From an uncultured Clostridia bacterium (lineage in GTDB: Bacteria > Bacillota > Clostridia > Oscillospirales > Acutalibacteraceae), in NCBI GenBank assembly GCA_904399395.1, contig CAJFPJ010000047.1, positions 14,323 to 78,322 of the forward strand: a stretch of 64,000 bases of DNA, in the 5' to 3' direction. A program made the translations under genes and the position numbers. Below, in pieces: positions 58,374 to 64,000 of the stretch. Position 1 is the first letter of the stretch, and every line of letters starts with the position of its first letter. The notes below the pieces were generated by a model. That model did not search any database and had not been told where the DNA came from. It saw only the letters and a program-made list of their open reading frames with translations.

Positions 58374-59060
58374 GTGGGTATGAAGGTGGAACCATTGAAA
58401 AAGCGCCGGAGGCGTTGGGGAAAAGGAATTGCACTTGTTGTGGCTGCGGCTGCAGCTCTGGCGGCATATGGAAGACTGTTTTTTTCCGCCGGTGTGGAAG
58501 TGGGCGGATCCTTTCTGGAGAGGCAGCCCGGCGCGGACGATCCCAACCAGGCCGTTTACCGCGAATTTCCAACGGGAGTTTCGGCCACGGTTACGGGGGA
58601 AAAGACCGACCGCGCCCGCATCGTTTTTGAGCTTCCGGGCGGGGAAAGCGCTGCATATGCCATTGAGACCGCCCGGGAGGGAGATTCCATCTCCGCCTCC
58701 ATCCTTGGGGAAGACGGCGGCGAGCTCTGCCGGGGCGTATTGGCCGGGAATGGAGAGTGGACGCCCCATGTGCAGGCGGAAACAAGCGCCGTCTGTGCGC
58801 AGCGGCCGGAAGAACTGGTGACGATGGCCGCCGGGGATCTTCGGATCCGGGGGCGGTGGGGATATTTTCTGGCGGGGCTGCTTCTGTTTACGGCCTTTGG
58901 GCTGGATATACGGTTTTTGGGAATCTATCATCTCCTTGCGAATGGGGTGGACTGGAAGCGCCCGAAGCCTTTGGAATTCTGTATGGTGCTGCAAAGCATT
59001 TTCCATATTTTTATGGTGTTGATGGGCATTTTCATGCTGGCCCTGGCTGTGGCGTATTAG
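58374..59060 (+). CDS. Hypothetical membrane protein (N-terminal TM, about 120-aa ectodomain, C-terminal TMs)
   Basis: Hydrophobic segments and a plausible RBS. No family recognised. Confidence 0.5.
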   Translation: MGMKVEPLKKRRRRWGKGIALVVAAAAALAAYGRLFFSAGVEVGGSFLERQPGADDPNQAVYREFPTGVSATVTGEKTDRARIVFELPGGESAAYAIETAREGDSISASILGEDGGELCRGVLAGNGEWTPHVQAETSAVCAQRPEELVTMAAGDLRIRGRWGYFLAGLLLFTAFGLDIRFLGIYHLLANGVDWKRPKPLEFCMVLQSIFHIFMVLMGIFMLALAVAY

Positions 59061-59134
59061 CGCCTTAGAAGATGAGAGGCCGGGGCGGCCGAATTGCCGG
59101 ATGGCTGGATTGCGGATTGGGAAAGGATACGACG

Positions 59135-60022
59135 GTGAGAATAGCAGACTGGAAAGAGTATGAACTGATCGATACCTCTGCGGGGGAACGGCTGGAGCGA
59201 TGGGGAGATGTGATCCTCATCCGGCCGGATCCGCAGATCATATGGAATACGGAGAAAAAGGATCCCAGGTGGAAGAGCACCCATGCCCGGTATCACCGCT
59301 CCAATACAGGGGGCGGCGCATGGGAGGAGCGCAGGACCGTTCCTCCTGTGTGGAAAATTCATTACGGCGGGAAAAAGGGCGGCGTGGGCCGGGAGCTCAC
59401 CTTTCGCCTGAAGACCATGGGCTTCAAGCACACGGGCATCTTCCCGGAGCAGGCCGTCAACTGGGATTTTGCGGCGGAGAAGATCCGCAGTGCGGGCCGG
59501 CCCATAAAGGTGCTGAACCTCTTTGGGTATACGGGGGCTGCCACCCTGGCCTGCGCGGCTGCGGGGGCTCAGGTCTGCCACGTGGACGCCAGCCGGGGCA
59601 TGGTGGCCTGGGCCAGGGAAAACGCCGCGGCTTCCGGCCTGGAGGATAAGCCCGTTCGCTGGCTGGTGGATGATTGTGTAAAATTTGTCCAGCGGGAAAA
59701 GCGGCGGGGGAATACCTACCACGGAATCATCATGGATCCTCCCTCTTACGGCCGGGGCCCCAACGGGGAGGTCTGGAAGCTGGAGGAACAGCTTTTCGGC
59801 CTGGTGGAGCTCTGCGCTTCCGTAATGGATGCGGATCCGCTGTTTTTTATCCTGAATTCATACACAACGGGCCTTTCGCCCGCTGTGATGGAATATTTGC
59901 TGGGCGTGCAGCTGAAGACCCGCTTCGGGGGAAGGGTTTCCTCCAGCGAGATCGGGCTTCCTGTTACGGCCAGCGGTTTGGTGCTCCCCTGCGGGAGCAC
60001 GGCTATCTGGCAGAACGACTGA
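59135..60022 (+). CDS. Class I SAM-dependent methyltransferase (COG1092/RlmI-like, PUA-less)
   Basis: [15 protein letters not shown] (motif I) and [11 protein letters not shown] (DPPxF/Y motif). Probable GTG start at 59135. Confidence 0.8.
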   Translation: MRIADWKEYELIDTSAGERLERWGDVILIRPDPQIIWNTEKKDPRWKSTHARYHRSNTGGGAWEERRTVPPVWKIHYGGKKGGVGRELTFRLKTMGFKHTGIFPEQAVNWDFAAEKIRSAGRPIKVLNLFGYTGAATLACAAAGAQVCHVDASRGMVAWARENAAASGLEDKPVRWLVDDCVKFVQREKRRGNTYHGIIMDPPSYGRGPNGEVWKLEEQLFGLVELCASVMDADPLFFILNSYTTGLSPAVMEYLLGVQLKTRFGGRVSSSEIGLPVTASGLVLPCGSTAIWQND

Positions 60023-60036
60023 CACAGAACGGGGGA

Positions 60037-60963
60037 ATGAGAATGACCATGGATCCGAATACAAAGGATGAAGCATTCATCCGCACCGAAGACGTCACGT
60101 TTTCCTATGGGGACACGGTTCCCGACGATGTATTGAAGGGCATCGTCATGCATGTGGAAAAGGGAGAATTTGTGGCGCTTTTGGGCCACAACGGCTCGGG
60201 GAAATCCACCCTGGCAAAAATGTTCAACGCCATGCTGCTCCCCACAGGGGGGACGATCTACGCCGGGGGCATGGATACCAAGGACGAAAGCCTTCTCTAT
60301 GAGATCCGCCGGCGGGTGGGCCTGGTGCTGCAGAATCCCGACAACCAGCTGGTGGCCAGCGTGGTGGAGGAGGACGTGGCCTTTGGGCCCGAAAACCTGG
60401 GGGTACCCACAGAGGAAATACGCAAAAGGGTGGATGACGCCCTGAAGGCCGTGGAGATGTATGATTTCCGGGAGTTCGCTCCCCACAAGCTTTCCGGCGG
60501 GCAGAAGCAGCGGGTAGCCATTGCGGGCATTATTGCCATGGAACCCGACTGCATTGTGCTGGACGAGCCCACCGCCATGCTGGATCCCAGAGGGCGCACG
60601 GAGGTGCTCCGCACCATCCACCGGCTGAACCGGGAAAAGGGCATCACTATCGTGCTCATCACCCACTATATGGATGAGGCTATCGAGGCGGACAGAGTCA
60701 TCGTTATGGACGATGGAAAAATCCTCACCGAGGGCGCCCCAAGGGATGTATTTTCCCAGGTGGAGCTCCTGAAAAAGCACCAGCTGGATGTGCCCCAATC
60801 CACGGAGCTCACCCACAGGCTGAAGGCCGCAGGGGTGGAATTGCCGGAGTGCACCCTTTCCATAGACGAATGCGTGGCGGCTCTGGAAAGCCTCCGGCCG
60901 GAATTTTCTCATGCCGGAGCCGGCGGAGAAGGGGAAGGAGGTGCGGAGCATGCCGCTGATTGA
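60037..60963 (+). CDS. ecfA1: Energy-coupling factor transporter ATPase EcfA1
   Basis: [17 protein letters not shown] and [11 protein letters not shown]. The ecfA-ecfA-ecfT-truA order is conserved. Confidence 0.9.
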   Translation: MRMTMDPNTKDEAFIRTEDVTFSYGDTVPDDVLKGIVMHVEKGEFVALLGHNGSGKSTLAKMFNAMLLPTGGTIYAGGMDTKDESLLYEIRRRVGLVLQNPDNQLVASVVEEDVAFGPENLGVPTEEIRKRVDDALKAVEMYDFREFAPHKLSGGQKQRVAIAGIIAMEPDCIVLDEPTAMLDPRGRTEVLRTIHRLNREKGITIVLITHYMDEAIEADRVIVMDDGKILTEGAPRDVFSQVELLKKHQLDVPQSTELTHRLKAAGVELPECTLSIDECVAALESLRPEFSHAGAGGEGEGGAEHAAD

Positions 60964-61819
60964 AACAAAGGACCTGACCTACGTTTATGGGGAAAACACC
61001 CCTTTTCAGAAGGTTGCGGTGGATCATGTGAACCTGAAGATCGAAGAGGGGCAGTTTATCGGCGTCATCGGCCACACAGGCTCGGGGAAATCCACCCTGA
61101 TCCAGACGCTGAACGGCCTTTTGCGGCCCACCTCCGGCCAGGTTCTGCTGGATGGGAAGGATATCTGGGAAGAGCCCAAAAAGATCCGGGCCGTCCGCTT
61201 CCGGGTGGGCATGGTGTTCCAGTATCCGGAGCATCAGCTTTTTGAGGAAACGGTGCTGAAGGATATCTGCTTCGGCCCGAAGAACATGGGCCTTACGGAG
61301 GAAGAGGCCCAGAAGCGGGCCAGGGAGGCGGCCAAATTTGTGGGCCTTTCCCCGGAGCTTCTGGAAAAATCTCCCTTCGACCTTTCCGGCGGGCAGAAGC
61401 GCCGGGTGGCCATAGCGGGCGTCATCGCCATGGATCCGGACGTGCTGATCCTGGACGAGCCCACCGCCGGGCTGGATCCCAGAGGGCGGGATGTGCTCCT
61501 CTCGCAGATCGTGGGATACCACCAGGTGCGGAAAAACACGGTGCTGCTTGTTTCTCACAGCATGGAGGATATTGCCCGCACGGCGGAAAAAATCCTTGTT
61601 ATGAACGATTCAAAGGCGGCTATGTTCGATTCCACGGAAAAGGTCTTTGCAAGAGACAGGGAATTGGAGGAAATGGGGCTCCGGGTGCCGGAGATCACCA
61701 AGATCATGGCCCGCCTGAAAGAAAACGGCTGGCCTGTGGGGACGGCGCTCACCATGGAGCAGGCCCTGCGGCAGCTGCTGCCCCTTCTGGGGAAAGGAGG
61801 CGTGCAGAATGATTCGTGA
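60950..61819 (+). CDS. ecfA2: Energy-coupling factor transporter ATPase EcfA2
   Basis: [13 protein letters not shown]..., [20 protein letters not shown] ggaaggagg. Confidence 0.9.
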   Translation: MPLIETKDLTYVYGENTPFQKVAVDHVNLKIEEGQFIGVIGHTGSGKSTLIQTLNGLLRPTSGQVLLDGKDIWEEPKKIRAVRFRVGMVFQYPEHQLFEETVLKDICFGPKNMGLTEEEAQKRAREAAKFVGLSPELLEKSPFDLSGGQKRRVAIAGVIAMDPDVLILDEPTAGLDPRGRDVLLSQIVGYHQVRKNTVLLVSHSMEDIARTAEKILVMNDSKAAMFDSTEKVFARDRELEEMGLRVPEITKIMARLKENGWPVGTALTMEQALRQLLPLLGKGGVQNDS

Positions 61820-62624
61820 TATCGCCCTTGGGCAGTATATTCCCGGCAAATCCTTTATCCACAGAATGGATCCCCGGGTGAAAATCGCCCTGACCTTTTT
61901 GTTTATTATCTTCCTGTTTGTGGCCAACGGCTATGTGGGAATGGGCGTTATGGTGGCGCTGGTTCTGGCGGTTCTGCTCCTTTCCCGCATACCTCTTAAG
62001 CAGTATTTCAAAAGCCTGAAGGCGATCATTTTTGTGGTGGCCTTTACCTCCATCCTGAACCTGTTTTACGGCTCCGGCCGGGTTCTGGTGCAGATCGGCT
62101 TCATGCAGATCACAGAGGGGGGCGTGAACCGGGCGGTGTTCATCACCATCCGCATTGTGTGCCTGATGCTTCTGAGCGCGGCGCTGACCTTCACCACCTC
62201 CCCCACAGCTCTCACAGACGCTATCGAGCGGCTTTTGCGGCCTCTGAAGGTGTTCCATGTGAAGGTGCATGAGATTGCCATGATGATGACCATCGCCCTG
62301 CGGTTTGTCCCCACTCTGCTGGAAGAGACGGATAAGATCATGAGCGCCCAGAAGGCCAGGGGAGCCGACATGGAAAGCGGCGGCTTCATGCAGCGGGTCA
62401 AGGCGCTCATCCCCATATTGATCCCCCTCTTTGTCTCGGCCTTCCGCCGGGCCTACGATCTGGCCATGGCCATGGAATGCCGCTGCTACCACGGCGGGGA
62501 AGGGCGCACAAGGATGAAGGTGCTCAAAGCCGGCAAGAGCGATGTGGCCGTTACGGTGTTTTCTCTTTTGCTCTGCGTGGGGATCGTGCTTCTCAATATC
62601 TATCTGCCGGGAGCCGTCCGCTAA
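61809..62624 (+). CDS. ecfT: Energy-coupling factor transporter transmembrane protein EcfT
   Basis: GQYIPGKSFIHRMDPRVK, and ARG...R motifs in the C-terminal coupling helices. Confidence 0.9.
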   Translation: MIRDIALGQYIPGKSFIHRMDPRVKIALTFLFIIFLFVANGYVGMGVMVALVLAVLLLSRIPLKQYFKSLKAIIFVVAFTSILNLFYGSGRVLVQIGFMQITEGGVNRAVFITIRIVCLMLLSAALTFTTSPTALTDAIERLLRPLKVFHVKVHEIAMMMTIALRFVPTLLEETDKIMSAQKARGADMESGGFMQRVKALIPILIPLFVSAFRRAYDLAMAMECRCYHGGEGRTRMKVLKAGKSDVAVTVFSLLLCVGIVLLNIYLPGAVR

Positions 62625-62726
62625 AAGGCGGGCCCGGCAGGCTTCGGCCTTTAGGGTGCCGGCGGCTTTTTATTTGGGACGCCGGTGTTCCGGCCCCGAA
62701 ACTTGAGAAAGGGAAAGGGGGATCCC

Positions 62727-63515
62727 ATGCGGAACCTTTTGCTTACCATCGCATACGACGGCGCCGCCTACCACGGCTGGCAGGTGCAGGAAAACGCCCG
62801 GACGGTGCAGCAGGCCTTTCAGGAGGCTGCCGGAAGGGTTTTGGGTGTGTGCCCCAGCCTGAAGGGCTGCAGCCGGACGGATACGGGCGTGCACGCCAGG
62901 CAGTTCTGCCTGAGCATGAAGACGGAGCACGCCATTCCCTGCGGCCGTCTGGTGGACGCCCTCAACCACTTTCTGCCGGCGGATATTGCGGTGCTTTCCT
63001 GCCGGGAGGTGCCGGAGGAATTCCATGCCCGCTATTCCTGCCGGGGGAAGGAATATGAATATTGTATCTGGAACGCACGGGTGCGCAGTCCTTTTTTGCG
63101 CGCCCGGGCGTATCATTATTATTACCCGCTTCAGGTGGAAGCCATGAACGAGGCCGCCGGGCATTTTCTGGGGAGCCATGATTTCTCGGCCTTCTGCCGG
63201 GCGGATTCCCGGGAACGGGAGAATATGGTCCGCACCATCACCGCTTCGAAATGGCGGCGGGAGGGGGATATGGTGATCTACCGGGTGGCGGCGGACGGGT
63301 TCCTCTATAATATGGTGCGCATCCTGGTGGGGACCATGCTGTATGTATCCCAGGGGAAGATCCGGGCAGAGGAGATCCCCGCCATCCTGCAGTCGGGGGA
63401 CCGTTCCAAAGCGGGCCCCACAGCCCCCGCCCAGGGGCTCTATCTGAACCGGGTGTTCTACGATGGGATAGAGCCTGCAGAGACGATAGAATCTATGGAA
63501 GTTCAAAAGGCATAA
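62727..63515 (+). CDS. truA: tRNA pseudouridine(38-40) synthase TruA
   Basis: LLLTIAYDGAAYHGWQVQ and GCSRTDTGVHA (catalytic Asp). Confidence 0.92.
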   Translation: MRNLLLTIAYDGAAYHGWQVQENARTVQQAFQEAAGRVLGVCPSLKGCSRTDTGVHARQFCLSMKTEHAIPCGRLVDALNHFLPADIAVLSCREVPEEFHARYSCRGKEYEYCIWNARVRSPFLRARAYHYYYPLQVEAMNEAAGHFLGSHDFSAFCRADSRERENMVRTITASKWRREGDMVIYRVAADGFLYNMVRILVGTMLYVSQGKIRAEEIPAILQSGDRSKAGPTAPAQGLYLNRVFYDGIEPAETIESMEVQKA

Positions 63516-63660
63516 AGCCCGTGGAGCCCCAAAAGGACGCCCGGGTTCTGAATCCCGGAAAAGACCGGAAGATGGGAAACGGGCTCAGGCGCTGAGCGCC
63601 CGGCGGGATTCATCGCAGACAGCCGGAAAGAGCAGATTTTTATGAAGTGAGGTGACCGGA

Positions 63661-64000
63661 ATGGATACGGAAAAGCGAAAGGCTTCCAGCCGCTGGAAAA
63701 GGCAGACGGAGGATTGGGAAGAGCGGGAAGAGCTTCGGGGAAGGGAACCGGATGCCTATGAAGGCCGGCATAAAAAGGAAAAACGGAAGAAAAAACGCCT
63801 TTCCCCCCTGTGGAGCCGGCTCATCAAGATTTTCCTGATCCTTCTGGCCGCTTTTTTGGGCCTCTTTCTGTGGCTGAACCGGGAAAACCTTCACCCGGAG
63901 ACGGTGGTGGACTGGCTTCAGGAAAAGATTGTGGGCATGGGCGTGGGGGATGGATATCCCACCCCCATCGTGGGCAGCACGGTGGCCGAAGGGAATTTCG
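63661..64000 (+). CDS. Hypothetical membrane-anchored protein, 5' fragment (continues beyond window)
   Basis: RBS gaggtga plus ATG 63661. A basic N-terminus is followed by a TM (LIKIFLILLAAFLGLFLWL). The frame is open to the window end, and this ORF is not in the ORF track. Confidence 0.5.
   Translation, partial: MDTEKRKASSRWKRQTEDWEEREELRGREPDAYEGRHKKEKRKKKRLSPLWSRLIKIFLILLAAFLGLFLWLNRENLHPETVVDWLQEKIVGMGVGDGYPTPIVGSTVAEGNF

Noticed and set aside
59674-60036. 121-codon N-terminal extension of the ecfA1 ORF overlapping the methyltransferase gene.
   Set aside because: It overlaps a well-supported CDS in another frame. EcfA1 homologs begin near the MTMDPN... region, which has its own G-rich RBS.
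1-64000. Searched by eye for CRISPR-like direct repeats, rRNA, IS or transposase or integrase genes, prophage blocks and known defence-system signatures.
   Set aside because: None seen. The only repeats noted are terminator stems, the GTTAGTT palindromes and the permease paralogs. The lone tRNA-Val has no flanking integrase or direct repeats visible.

Overview
No database searches were run: product calls come from motif and family recognition by eye, and starts were refined by looking for an RBS. The window is 64 kb of chromosome from a spore-forming, moderately GC-rich Firmicute, probably Clostridia (inference). It is mostly core genome.

Gene content:
- 1-19.8 kb reproduces the Bacillus subtilis order rpsT / gpr-spoIIP-(yqxA position)-lepA-hemW-hrcA-grpE-dnaK-dnaJ. 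It includes a perfect CIRCE operator and several lineage-specific insertions.
- 55-63.5 kb carries ruvCAB and ecfA1-ecfA2-ecfT-truA.
- Between them lie a family-5 SBP ABC importer, intracellular glycoside hydrolases (BNR/GH93-like, GH31, GH39), spoIIID, a GH25-LysM muramidase, a MATE pump, one tRNA-Val(GAC) and assorted small-enzyme genes.

I saw no CRISPR array, rRNA, transposase, integrase or recognisable defence or toxin system.

Least-explained parts:
1. A minus-strand ECF-sigma-led six-gene module at 24.7-31.0 kb: sigma, a polytopic membrane protein, an ABC ATPase and three paralogous permease-like proteins.
2. A DUF2325-DUF3793-flavodoxin operon behind a ~430-nt leader with a near-consensus promoter and a twice-repeated GTTAGTT-N2-AACTAAC palindrome.
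3. An A8 homopolymer that separates a good RBS+ATG from the only membrane-protein-like frame at the yqxA position.
4. A HAD-IIIA::DUF4250 fusion.

None of these is demonstrably a novel system from sequence alone. They are candidates.
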